64,000 bases of DNA from Camelus dromedarius (Eukaryota): assembly GCF_036321535.1 (NCBI RefSeq), contig NC_087437.1, forward strand, positions 49,850,001 to 49,914,000, in the 5' to 3' direction. Positions 23,151 to 35,460 of this stretch are shown here, piece by piece. Made by a program: the position numbers and the translations under genes. The notes beneath the pieces were generated by a model, which saw nothing but the letters and a program-made list of their open reading frames with translations, did no database searches and was not told the origin of the DNA. How positions within the stretch are numbered: position 1 is the stretch's first letter; every line of letters begins with the position of its first letter.

Positions 23151-24689
23151 ATTGTGTACTATATTGTGTCATTGACCATGAGGAATGACCATCAATTTTT
23201 AGCACATGCATGCATTTGTGGCTATACTGCAATCTTCTTCAGTCTTGTTTCTTTATTTAATTGATGGCTGTTGCCTTCATTAGGTACTGCTACCATATAA
23301 AAGTAAGGTTTGTTCAGCGATTAGCAAGTAAAGACGTATATTTGTCTTTATATTTTATTTACATTTTTGTTTCCTCAGAAAAATGTGAGTGTTCTTTCAA
23401 ACGTCTCTGATGGGCTAGAGTGTTTGAAGATACTCAAATAAATAAGCTCCAAGGCCGAGGAAGGAGTTAAGAGTCTGCTAATTCCCAGTTGTTCATGGGC
23501 CCTAGTTCCTTCCGTGGCCCAACCAGAGAGAAAAGAAAGGAATTCTACTACCAAGAATGTGTTTTTCAAGCAAAATGACAAACATAGGAATTATTTTCTT
23601 TCCAAAGATTTCAGATGAACACATTCTCTAATTATTCAGTGATAGGTTTTATTTTTCACTTTCTACGTAGCCGTGCACTCCTGAAATATAAATACATACA
23701 CAAAAATACATACATAGACACATAGACATACAGATATGTATGTTTTTAAGCTATTGAACAGTCAAATTAAGTTCTCTGGATCTACTGAGGAACCCCATGA
23801 ACTAGTGAAGTAAACGTTTGTCCCTGCTGGGCTGTGGAAGGCTTCCAGAGCTCGGGAGCATACACCTGCAGAAATCGGTGATTCACCTCTGAGTCACTCG
23901 GCAAGCGCTAGCAGGGGAAGCCAGCCGGGTGCAGAGGGTACACTTGGCTGCCGGTTCTCTCCTGCTCTCCCAGAATAATGACATTAATGACACTTCCAAA
24001 TAGCTCACCCAGTCACCAAGTGGGAGATTTCAGAATCCATGTGGCAGCTGATTTCCTAATAGGATGCATTAAACAGGACATCGCATGTTTTATGGGCTGG
24101 TGTTGATTAGACCATAAAACTTAAAATATGTAACTAAAGTGGTTGAAAAATAGGCTTTGGAAGTTCAGATCAAAGCATTACAGGGGGGTGATTAGATAAA
24201 TAAAAAGTTTAAGCTGAACTGAGCAAATAATTGCACATCCCCTGAGAAGCTCGGTTCACGGGGATTGGTCAAGTGTGAGTCGCCCCAGGCACAGATGTCT
24301 TTCTAAGAATATTCCTTTTAATTTTTTTTTTAATATACATCAAAAGAAAAAAAAATCTGGGTACTGACCAGCAAATACTCCTGTTTATATAAGAAAAGCC
24401 TCTTTAAGATACCGACAAAAAAATAAAATCCCTCATTGTTTAAAGGGGCCAGTTTTTTCCTTTCTCTTCCTTCTCAGTCTATAGTAAAAGGTTTTTGCTT
24501 CTTTCACACAGACTAACAGAGCTCACCTAAAAACGTTCTAAAAGATTTCTAGTGCCTTATCTTTCCCATTATTATACAGAAGTCAGATGCAGGTTTATGT
24601 TAAAAGCATGAACTGTTATCTTTCTAAAGAAAAATATGTCAGTGGGGAAGATTCATCTTTGTTTAGTTCAAAAACAAAAAAGCATCTGC

Positions 24690-24905
24690 AAAGCTTATTT
24701 GTGAATCGGTGTGTGCCAGACACAAGTTATCTCATTTAATCCTCATGACAATGCTTGAAGGCAGGTTCACATATTTCCAGGTTTATGTTTGAGGAAATTG
24801 AGGCACATGTGAGGATTAGGTAACTTGTCCCAAGTCACAGGGCTAGGAAGCGGCGTGTGAGGCCAGGTCTCAGGCTGAACTCTTCCCACTCGAGAGCACT
24901 TCTCT
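24690..24905 (-). mobile_element. MIR SINE
   Basis: ttatctcatttaatcctcatgacaa...tgaggaaattgaggcac...taacttgtcccaagtcacag. Confidence 0.8.
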
Positions 24906-25644
24906 CCGACAGTCATTCTTTAGCAGCCATGGAACTCCGTCACTGTACCCAGATCTGTCACTTCTATGAGCTAATCCTCGCAGTTTCCTGGAGGCAGAAC
25001 TCCAGTGTTATTTCTTATTTTGAAAATAAGACACTGGAGGTAGAGATCAGGGCTTTCCAAAAACTACATAAAACAAGGCAGATGGCCTGGTAGACTCACA
25101 CTCCGAGCTGCTAAGTGTCAAGTCTGTCATTTGGTCACGAGTCTCCTGTGGCCAGATGTAGACCAGGCACGATGTTTTGGTAGCTGGAGTTTTTAGTGAG
25201 CTTTTATCTGTGTCTCAGAATCAGTAGTTTCTTTAAAGCAGCATTTAGCCCACATTAATGCCAAGAAAGTAGGGATCAGAACTAGGAAAGGGGATGAAAA
25301 ACTGATGGAAAGCTAGCATCGATGCCTGTCTGTGAATCAGTACAAATTTTGTTCTCCAGGGCTGCCCAGGAGCTGTGTTTCACAGCATTAGTGCCGAAAT
25401 TTTACACCTTATTTTACACTCCACTTACAACTAACACTTTTTTGACCTCTGTCTACTGACATATTCCTGCAGTAGGGTGTTGGTTTATATTTCCGTTCCC
25501 CCTCAGACAGCCAGGGGTAGGACAGGTTAGCAGAGAAACCACCATGCCCTCAGGGAGTCAGAGGAGCCTGGTCCAAGTCCGGCTGTGCTGGGCTTTGAGA
25601 AAACTGCTGTGGTCTCTGTGCCTCACTGTCAGCGCAGAGGGTGC

Positions 25645-26033
25645 TGTCTTTGTCAGCCTGGGCTGCCGTCACAAAATACCATAGACTGGGTGGTTTAAAC
25701 AACAGAAATTTCTCACAGTTTTGGAGCCTGGGAATTTCAAGAGCAAGGTGCCGGCCACCTAAGTTCCTGGTGAGACCCTTCTTTCTGGCTTGCAGACAGC
25801 CATATTCCTGCTGTGTCCTCACTTGAGAGAGAGAGCAAGAGCAAGCTGTCTGGTCTCTTCTTCTAAGGGCACCAATCTCATTATGAAGACCCCACCCTCA
25901 CGACCTCATCTAACCCAATCATTTCCCCAAGGCAGCACCTCCAGATGCCATCATACTGAAGGTCAGGGCTTCAGTATATGAAATGTGGCAGGGGCCGGGA
26001 GCGGGGTGGGGCACAAACGTTCAGTCCATAATA
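25645..26033 (-). mobile_element. MaLR solo LTR (MLT1A/MLT1A0-like)
   Basis: tgtctttgtcagcctgggctgccgtcacaaaataccatagactgggtggtttaaacaacagaaattt...cacaaacgttcagtccataata; flanks ggtgc/ggttc form a 5-bp TSD with one mismatch. Confidence 0.88.
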
Positions 26034-26409
26034 GGTTCTGTTTTGTAAAGCAATTGGCAAGCACTTCACAAATGTTACTCATCACTGTCATTACTCAGGT
26101 ACTAAAATTAAGGAAGCAGATGATTTTATATTAAAGTGTACCTGTTTACCTATTTTCACGAATAGAGAGGGACAAGCATTTATTATTCTAGATGCTGGGC
26201 TACACACACAGGGATGTACAAATAAAGCAAAGTTGCTTCCTTTAAGGAGCACCAGCCTCCTGTGCTCTTTAAGAATCTTCTGCAGAAGACACCCTCCCCT
26301 CCTTGAGCATCACCCTCTGTCTTGCCAGGGAGGTGACCAGCAGTGGGGAAACATTCACAGCAGGCTTGGAGCACAGTTTTTTGAAAAAGTTTGGGGCAGA
26401 AAAATCACT

Positions 26410-26520
26410 AAACAGGCATTCAAATCCCGGCTGTTATAGTTACCAGCTCTGACTTCGGGCAAGTCACTTAACCTCACTCAGTTCAGCCTTCTTCTCTGTG
26501 GAATAGGAAAATGCTAGCTT
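26410..26520 (+). mobile_element. MIR fragment
   Basis: ttcaaatcccggct...taccagctctgacttcgggcaagtcacttaacctc. Confidence 0.7.
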
Positions 26521-26559
26521 ATTTATTTATTTTTTTACTTTAAAATGTTAATGTTGATT

Positions 26560-27300
26560 GTGCAGTTTGTGGGTGGGTTTGTAAATTGGTGTAGCCACTA
26601 TGGAAAACGGTACAGAGGGTCCTGAAAAGTCAAAAATAGAGCCACTATATGATCCAGCAATTCCACTTCTGGGTAGTTACGTGAAGAAAATGAAAACACT
26701 AACTCAAAAGATGCATATGCCCCCATGTTCACTGCAGCATTACCTACAACAGCCAAGAAATGGAAACAATCTAAGTATCCACTGGTAGATGAATGGATAA
26801 AGAAAATGTGGTATATATAGACAATGGAATATTATTCAGCCATAAAAAAGAATGGGAGCTGGCCATTTGTGATAACACGGATGGAACTTGGGGCCATTAT
26901 GCTGAGTGAAATAAGTCAGACAGAGAAAGACAAATAGTGTATGATCTCACTCATAGGAGGAACCTTATTGGTGGTAGCTAGAGGTGGGGAGGGATGAGAT
27001 GGGTGAAGGGGGTCAAAAGATACAAACGTCCAGTTATAAAATAAGTAAGTCATGGGGATGCAATGTACGGCATGGTGACTATAGTTAATACTGTACTGTT
27101 CATTTGAAAGTTGCCAAGAGAGTAAATCTTAAAAGTTCTCATCAGAAGAAAAAATTCTTTGTTAACTATGTATAGTGACAGATGTTGACTAGATTTATTG
27201 TTGTGATCAATTTGCAATAAATATAAACAAATATTGAATCAGTATGTAGTATATACAAAACTAACATAATGCTATGTGACAATTATACTCCAATTAAAAA
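26560..27300 (+). mobile_element. L1 3' end (ORF2 C-terminus + 3'UTR, L1MA9-like)
   Basis: gccactatggaaaac...tatgatccagcaattccacttctggg...gatgaatggataaagaaaatgtggta...ccagttataaaataagtaagtcatggggatg; ORF 26600-26788 contains the L1 ORF2 motif YDPAIPLLG. Confidence 0.92.
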
Positions 27301-28091
27301 ATTAATATATTTATTATTATTGCATCCAAGAAATGGTGCTCTCCTTGCACCTCTGAGTGGTGCTCCAGAAGGAGACAAGGAGACAGCTGTGTAAAGCACT
27401 AGGGCTTTAGTCCTTGGGGTGAATGGGGTACCATTACTGTCATCATAACAATGTATCATAGGATGTAACAACAGCCCTAGTTTGCAGACTCTGTGAGAAT
27501 GACATGAAACATTTGCAAAATCAACTAGCTGCAGTCATCACATACAAGTACTCGATACATGTTCTCAAAACAAACCAAACAAAGCCAAGCACAGTCTCCC
27601 CTTGTCAGGAGTGTGTGTGAGAATAAAGGCCATTGTACTATCAACATGTTTATCTGCAACAACAGGCCAGTGCTCCAAAAATAGCTACAGTACACTTAGC
27701 ATGTGGCTGCATGAAGTGAAAACAAACATACTTACAGAGCGGCTAAGTGCCGTACACCTCTGTCAGCATCCTCAGGAATCCACCAGCTGTGGGTCTGGCA
27801 AGTTTCAGCACCCAAGATGAAGCAGAAAATAAAGGGAGAAATTTCCTGCAGTGCTACTTAGGTTTTCACTTATTAATTTAGAAATTACTCACATGTTCAA
27901 AACAAAACAAATCCCACAAGTCTTAAACAGGGCTGGTTGCTTCTCCCCTACAGAAGTTTTCCATATTTACTTGGTCTCATGGAAAGGCAGATTCAAAGGA
28001 AAGTTCTAAGAGTGATATATGTTCATTTTCCCGCCTAGATTTACATTTAAACCTCGATGAATATTAATGGGGCAAGCATGCCAAAATAGAA

Positions 28092-28260
28092 CAGTGTTTT
28101 TCAAAGTCAGAGCATCCTTCTCAGAATCAGCTGAAGTCCTTGTTAAAAATGTGGATTCCAGACCAGTTATCTTGACTCTCCGTGGGTGGGGCTCTGGAAT
28201 CCATGTGTTTAACAGGCTTCCCAGGAGACTCCAGGACACACAGATACTGGAGAACTTCTG
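28092..28260. mobile_element. MER5-type hAT MITE
   Basis: cagtgtttttcaaagt...tcagaatcagctg..cttgttaaaaatg...gtggggctctggaat...tttaacaggcttcccagg...ggagaacttctg. Confidence 0.75.
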
Positions 28261-28522
28261 ATAAATGGGGATAAAATTCTCTGAATTTATTCTGCCTTTA
28301 GACAACACCTGCCAATTTTAAAAACAAACAAAATAGTAACAGGCTGATTTTAAATTGACGAATGAGAAGATACGCGGTGTCTAAAAACATTTCTGAATTT
28401 AGGAGTAGTAAACAATGATATTAAAAAAAAAACAGCAAATGACCCTTTTACCAAGTTGAAAGCTGGACTTTTCTAAGCTTACCACAGTTTTAGGAACCAT
28501 CTAATAATTTCAAAAGAAAAAA

Positions 28523-28544
28523 GTGTGTGTGTGTGTGTGTGTGT
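28523..28544 (+). repeat. (GT)11 microsatellite
   Basis: Read directly. Confidence 0.95.
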
Positions 28545-28747
28545 TACAGTCATGAAGATGAAAATGTTAAATGACCATGACAGAGTACGGTCACAGAATC
28601 ACCAATTATCTCTCTTTGATACATAAATATTGTCAAAAATAATATTTAGTACTCAGAAAGACCCATTGCATATCAACCAGGATTATGTGCCCACTCTGCT
28701 GGGCGCTGCCCTACCCCTGGATAAACAAAGATGACTCAAGCATAGCA

Positions 28748-28880
28748 CAGTGGTTCTCAAAACAGTTCAGGCTCTCAGAGCCTTTGAGAGTCTGAACCCC
28801 TGAAAAATGCCCATATGCACAAACACTTGATTTTGAGTGAGGTTTCAGGGGACTGGCTGAGACTTCACTTAAGAATTCTT
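28748..28880. mobile_element. MER103-like hAT MITE
   Basis: cagtggttctcaa...cctttgagagtctga...gaaaaatgcccatatgcaca...tttcagggga...ttaagaa. Confidence 0.6.
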
Positions 28881-30239
28881 CATCAAGACAAGACACAGAG
28901 TATGAATTAAGCAGGTCCAAAATCCTGGAAGATCTGTGGTGTTCCCTTCCCATGTATAATTTAAATATTTTTAAAGACTCAAAAATGAAATGTTCTAAAT
29001 TAAAATTGCTTCTTTGTAGAACTCCTAATTGCCATTTGTGTTGTAGTTTCTTGATAGCTTTTGTCATTGGTGTTTGCAGTAGTTTGTTTGGCTTAATGCT
29101 TCTGTTTTGCCAGAGCCCTAAGTGTATGTTTAATTTGCCTGTGGATAATCCAGCATTAATCTAGAGGGAGGCACAGCTCCCCAAACCCATTTATTACAAT
29201 ACAGGATGCTATGAGCTCTGTAATGATCTGGGAGTACAGAGCAGACGGCATGGGGAAGAGAGTTTCAACTAAACACAGTCACCCAAATATGAGTTTTGAG
29301 CTCAAATGGAGTGTTCCTTTAGTGACGCTAAGGAGCGGAAATGACTTGCACTTAACAGGGAGTGTCCTCCCGGGTGCCTTTGCCCATCCCATCCAACTAA
29401 ACAGTTAGGAAGGGCATATGTAAGGCTGGTGTGGACAGCAGAAAGGGAAAGCATTCGGGTAGCTTTGGATGCTCTGTTAAGTGTTTTCCCACAAAAGGTG
29501 GCATTGAACACCTACTGATGGTGACAACTGGGAGCAAGGTAATGTGAAAGCCAACATGAAGCTGGCGGCAAGAGGAAGAGGGGAGTGAAGGCTGTGGCAG
29601 GAGCCATAAGTGGGAGAAAATCCCAATGCACGATAAAGGAATGGAAAGGGAAATGGGTAAGAGAAGGCAGAGAATGTAGCCAGGCCAGGAAGACTGTGCT
29701 TTGCAACTCACCCTAATGTTGAACAGATCAGGGGCTCCCAGAGCAAAGATATTCAAGAGACCTGAGTTCCCATTCAAGAAAGATCTCCATTCTTATTGTT
29801 AAGTTATTTGCTTCAGAAGACATTTGTTTTTAACTCACACACACACATCGACCTATGTCTTCTCAATCGCCACCTGCTTTCATCCAAACAACCAAGTAAG
29901 AGTTGACTGTTGATTTATTTATGCTCTGCCTGTTTCCAAAACGGATTTAAGGCAGTGGAACACAAAAGGTAAGTCAAATTTCAATGTTAAAAATTCATCA
30001 CTGTAAGAACTTTCCATATCTTTAGCCAGGCAATACTTGATCATTAGAATATTATGTTAGTGCTGCTGACACTGTTTATATTCAGGTGTTTCTTTCTGCT
30101 TACGCAATAGAGAAAAAGATCTCTTGCCCTCAGCTCTGCACTGGTTCCTTTTAAATATTTCAGGGCAGGGTATCGAGAACCATATTTTCAGATGGAGAGT
30201 CGGTCCATGGGTGTGAAGGTCATTACCATTTCAAGGGTG

Positions 30240-30440
30240 CCTGCCATTTTACATACAATGAAACTGAATTCTCACAACAACCTTTTGAGGAATGTATTCT
30301 GTTCCTCATTCCATAGATGAGGAAACTGAGGACCAAAAAGGAATTTATTTATTTACTTACCTCATCATTTTTTTTATTGAAGTATAGTTGATTTACAATG
30401 TTGTGTTAGTTTCAGGTGTACAGCATAGTGATTCAGTTAT

Positions 30441-30472
<32 letters not shown>

Positions 30473-30720
30473 TCTTTTTCAGATTATTTTCCATTATAGA
30501 TTATTACAAGATATTAAATATAGTTCCCTGTGCTATAAAGTAGGTCCTTGTTGTTTACCTATTTTCTATATAGTAGTGTATATATATTAATCCCAAACTC
30601 TTAATTTATCCCTCCCCCCTAAAAAAGGGGTTTGTTAACTTGCCTAAGGTCACATGGCTAATGGTGACAGGTTTCAAACACAGTTGTGATCAACTTCCGT
30701 TTTCCTTTAGTCTGCTCTGC
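30240..30720 (-). mobile_element. MIR interrupted by an L1 3' end
   Basis: ctcacaacaacc...agatgaggaaactgagg | insertion | taacttgcctaaggtcacatggcta. Confidence 0.8.
30350..30619 (-). mobile_element. 5'-truncated cetartiodactyl L1 3'UTR containing (CA)n
   Basis: ttttttattgaagtatagttgatttacaatgttgtgttagtttcaggtgtacagcatagtgattcagttat...gttccctgtgctat..agtaggtccttgttg. Confidence 0.9.
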
Positions 30721-31859
30721 CTTCCAGAATTGTGGGAGAGGTGGGAAAAGGGGCAAAGCATGGGAGGTGCCCTTGGCTGTCTATGGGAGAACACTCTGGA
30801 CCAGTGGCCCTAAAGCAGAGAGAGATACTTGGCACGTAGCCCTTGTCCTCACTCCTGAAATACACCTTTGCTATTAATCTGTCCCAAGGGTTTTACTCAT
30901 GTTTTCCACCTAAGTGAACAGGATTTGCTTTAGCATCATTTATGTCATGTAAATATCACCTTTCCCCATGGGGATCTTTTCCCTGTTTAGGACTGTGGCT
31001 TTGGGCCTGGGTGTGTATATGTTTTGCCTGGCTGATCATTGCCATGAGCAACCTAAGTGACTGTTTAAGAGAAAAGGTGAACACACTGTATTCAGACACC
31101 AATGCAGAAGAAAGATTACATAATTAAGACCCTCAGCCACAATTTTTGTCTTTTATACGGTATTTATAAATTTTTAGCAAGTAGAGGAAAAGCCAGGATA
31201 TAATTCAGAAGGAAATGGCACTTTAACAGGATCCAGTCAGAAGTTAATTAGCCATTTATGTGCCAGGCAGCCTTACACTATCCCTCCACTAATCCCTGCT
31301 TCTGTGACTTACGTCTGTAAGAATACTGAGGCCAAGGTAAAAGTCAGAGATGCCAACAAGGTTCTGAGACAGGTACTCAGAGCTGCATTAGCGAATCAGC
31401 TCTTTTGTGGAATGTTCTCCTCTGTCCAAATGAATTGATCTCCCTTGTTTTTCATCAGCCTAGGGCTGAGTTCTTTTACAAGGCAGTGGTTCTCAAACTG
31501 TTTCTGAAAAATGAAAGAGGAGTTTCCCTCCTGCTTTAAGCCTGATATGAATCTTGCTAATTATCTGTTTAAGGTCTTCTTTCTGTCAATAAAAATAGTG
31601 GTATTTCTGACAAAAGATTTATTTTCGTTTCTAACCATAACCAGCATCAATTCAGAGTCCACTCCCACAGCTGCGGGCCTGGATCAAAGTTGCTCTTTTC
31701 AAAAACAGATCACCAAAGCCTGGAATACACACAGGCGGACAGTGCTGTAAACCTGAAGACAAGCAGGCGGCACAGACAGACACACAATCCATAAACGGTT
31801 TTGATGATAAATAACCACGACTGACTGAGGTGTACTGATTGTCATTTTCTTGTGCCACT

Positions 31860-32735
31860 CTTCATTTATTTATGGAAAAACTTTAATGCAAAAAGCAATA
31901 TACATTTCTTAGAGAAAATATAAATAAAAAAGAAGAAAAATGTGAAAATCACATGTAATCCTACTACACGAAAAATAGCCAGTTAACATTTTGGTATATG
32001 ACCTACCAGTCTCTTAAAAAATGTGCAGTATTTATTTTACATAAAAAGAGATCATGTTATAGGGTGACATTTTTTCACTCCAATTTTTTTCACTTCACAA
32101 AATACCATGAGCATGTTTATATGCCATTAAACCTTCTTTTCCAACATCATCTTTCTGTCTTTATATTATTCTGTTGTGTGTAATTATCTATTTTTAAGTA
32201 CATAGTTTCTAAAAATCTAATTTTAAATGTAACACATGCTCATTATTTTTTTAAAAATCAGACACACAATAAAGAAGAACTAAAAAAAAAAAAAATTCTA
32301 GTCAGCCCTATAACACAAGGTGGAATTTCTGCCTCAAAGATGTGTGTATTTGTAAAGCTTTATTTATATGTTGATAAATTATCCACAAAAGTTATATTAA
32401 TTAATATAACAAGATTATATGAGACTATATGGTCTTTTCATAACCTGAAAGAAGCACTTTGAGTATTATCTTTTCTTAATATTTACTAATTAGATAGGCT
32501 GAAAAAAGAGGGACATGATTTTATTTTTCACAACTTTGATTCTCAGTAAGGTTGATTATTCTTATTTGTCTTTTGTATTTCTCACTATAAATTGCTTATT
32601 TATCTTTTTTGCCCACTTTTCAATGGGTCTGTAAAAGCCCCTTTGTAGTTAGGCTGTCAATCATTTTCTGCCAACTGTATTAAATATTTTCCTTAGCTTG
32701 TTCTTTGCCTTTGAATTGTTTTTACTTTTTTACTC
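31860..32735 (-). mobile_element. L1ME-type fragments
   Basis: aaaatcacatgtaatcctactac...gttaacattttggtatat...ttttttcactt; tttgcccacttttc. Confidence 0.5.
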
Positions 32736-32739
32736 TTTT

Positions 32740-33472
32740 ATTTTTGAATTTTTTATTTATAGAAGAGTTGCAAAGGTACTACAGTGAGTTTTTATATACC
32801 CTTCAGCCAGCTTCCCCTATTAACTTACATAATTACAATACAATTATCAAAATGAAGAAATTAATTGGATCTATATTAATATCAATATCTGTTAATTAAA
32901 CTACAGATTATTCAGATTTCACTGGTTTCTCCACTAGTGTTATTTTTCTGTACCAGCACCTAATCTAGGATCCTGCCCCACATTTAGCTGTCATGTCGCC
33001 TTAATTTCCGCCAGTCTGTGTCAGGTTCCATCTTTCTTTGATTTTCATGACCCTGACTGCCATGATCTGACCCGTACTGGTCAGATCTTTTTTAGAATGT
33101 TGACCAATTAGGATTTCTCCACTCTAAAGTTGTCATTTTTCTCTTTCTATACGCAGTTGTTAAAAAGGATTCACTAAACCCCACCCACACACTAACAGGC
33201 GGTGGGGTTCAGCTTCACCTCTTAGAGAAAGGAGTACCAAAGAATTTGTGAACTTATGATAAAATTGTCACATAAATATTTGGAGGTAGATATACTTTAA
33301 AGTTATGAAAATATCCCACTTAAAGTTTCCTTAACTAACTTTAGCATTCATCACTGGATCTTGTTTGGAGCAGTTATTACTACAGTGTTCTAAAGGTGAG
33401 ATTCTGTTTCCCCCACTGCTTCTACATTCATTATTTGGAATCCTTCTGTAAGGAACATTTGTTCTTTCCCCT
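32740..33472 (-). mobile_element. L1MC/MD-type 3'UTR
   Basis: tagaagagttgcaaaggtactacagtgagtt..tatacccttcagccagcttcccc...ttcagatttcactggttt...catttagctgtcatgtc...ttctacattcattatttggaatccttctgtaagg. Confidence 0.8.
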
Positions 33473-33598
33473 CTGAAGATATGGTGGGTGTCTGTGGCTA
33501 AACAATGTCACCAAGGCCCTAATTTCTTTATCTCTGCTCTGCTTTCTGTGTTGTTAGTTTTGCCGTAATGACAAGGAAGCTGTCAATTGCTCCCAGGG

Positions 33599-34099
33599 TG
33601 TATCAGCTTCCTATGGCTGCTATAACAAATTACTACAAATTTGATGGCCTAAAACAACACAAGCTTTTCTTTCTGGAGATCAGAAATCTGAAATGGGTTT
33701 CACTGGGTGAAAATCAAGGTACTGACAAAGCTGCATTTTTTTCTGGAGGTTCTAGGAGAGAATCTGTTTTCCTTGCCTTTTTCAGCTTCTAGAGACCACC
33801 CACATTCCTTGCCTTATAGCCTTCTTTCTCCATCTTCAAAGTCAGCAATGGGAGTCAGGACCCTCTCATACTGCAACCCATCTAGTTCTCATCTACCTCT
33901 CTCTTCCACCGATAAGGACTCTGGTGCTTACACTGGACCATGTGGATAATCCAGGATAATCTCTCCATCTCAAAGTCAGCTGAATAGCAATCTTAATTAT
34001 ACCTGCAACCTAATTCCCTTTTGCCATGTAATGTAACATAGTCACAGTTTGGGGGATTAGGTTGTGAACATCTTTGAGGGCCATTATCTGCCTACTATT
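33599..34099 (-). mobile_element. MaLR solo LTR (MLT1D/C-like)
   Basis: tgtatcagcttcctatggctgctataacaaattactacaaa...ggataatccaggataatctc...gggccattatctgcctact; perfect 5-bp TSD caggg at 33594-33598 and 34100-34104. Confidence 0.9.
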
Positions 34100-34134
34100 C
34101 AGGGTCATAAGCTTTTTAATCTATGTGCACACAG

Positions 34135-34290
34135 AGAAAGGATGAGGTAAAGATAGAAATAGAGATAGAGATAGAAATAGAGATAGAGACAGAAAGATAG
34201 GAAGAGATAGCGATAGATACAGAGTGAGGGAAGAAGGAAGGGAGAGAAAGAGAAGACAGGTAACGGAAGAGAAGAGAGAGAAAGAACAAG
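34135..34290 (+). repeat. AG-rich low-complexity tract with (GATAGA)n-like units
   Basis: agatagaaatagagatagagatagaaatagagatagagac... Confidence 0.8.
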
Positions 34291-34597
34291 TTCAGCTTGA
34301 GCAGGTGCAACACAACAGAACTGATTTTTACATGGGTCTCAGATGCATAGCATTGGGCCCTCTTTATTTTGAGGACCAAACGAGTATAGCCCTGAGACAG
34401 TAACGAGAATGGCCAGGCCTCAATAATTCAGGCCTGAGCTCTTTAAGTACAAGTAACTCTGAGCCAAAATTTAAGCTGCTATAATATCATCAATCTTCAT
34501 ATTGAAGGCCTATGGACTTCAAATAAATGTCATTCCAAATTGACCATTAAAAACATATTTTTTAGAAGAGAACTTACTCATTTACACACCCACTCTT

Positions 34598-34660
34598 TTT
34601 AATTAAAAATTAAAAATTTTTATTGCATTCTTTTTTATTGAATATAGTCATTTTACAGTG
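34598..34660 (-). mobile_element. Ultra-truncated L1 3' terminus with 17-bp TSD
   Basis: T-rich tail plus ttttttattgaatatagtcattttacagtg; TSD tttacacacc(c/t)actctt at 34581-34597 and 34661-34677. Confidence 0.8.
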
Positions 34661-35269
34661 TTTACACACCTACTCTTGACTGAATACAAGCCATTCCAAA
34701 ATCTCCTGAATCTGAGCGGAGAGCTTCAGAAACTGGCTTCCTCTAGTGGTAGTAGTGATTTTGACCTTCTAGGACCTATAATCACTGACTCTCTTTTGGA
34801 CGAGGAAGCCCCCCTTTCTTCCCTGCTAGGTTTAGTGAGCAATGCAGTAACAGTAGTTTAATTCTTTTATGTTGTGAGTCTGTATTACCTGTGTAAAAGC
34901 TTACTTCTCTTAGGTCCATCTTCTTACTTCTGTAAATACCACTCCTTTTAGGGGGAGTCTCCTTCACTCTGCTCCACACAGGACTAAAGGAAGTGTTCTA
35001 TTATCCCCCTAAACAACACAAAACCACAACTGGCCTCACCTCCTCTATTACCTAGAGCCCCCTTCAGCAGTATGACTCACCCAATATTTTGAAAAAACGG
35101 GTTTTGGAGCCATCTAGACCTGATTTCAAATCCCATTTTTGCTTGTAACAATTAATGTGCTTTTTTGAGAAATTAAATTCTTTGGATCTCTGTTTTCATC
35201 TACTCATGGGTCATTGTCTTTGCCATGAGGACTAGTTGTCACCACCAGCTGGTGGTCATTTTTATCTCA

Positions 35270-35460
35270 TATTCACTCATCGACGCCTACTATGTACTAC
35301 ACACATATATGGTATGAAGAACACAGAGATAAGCACAATCAACATGGTACTTGCCCAGTTGCCCGGTCTAGAGGGGAAGATATGTTAAAGAGCTAAGAAC
35401 AGTATAGTGAACATGGTGCAAAGCTGAGTAAAGGGTAACAGACAAGAGTTTGGCTAGGGA
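35270..35460 (-). mobile_element. L2 3' fragment
   Basis: attcactcatcgacgcctactatgtac...acatggtacttgccc. Confidence 0.5.

Noticed and set aside
34658..34861. 67-aa ORF with protein-like composition (…SSGSSDFDLLGPIITDSLLDEE…)
   Set aside because: It starts at a GTG at the L1/TSD junction, has no convincing splice sites and no recognisable homologue.
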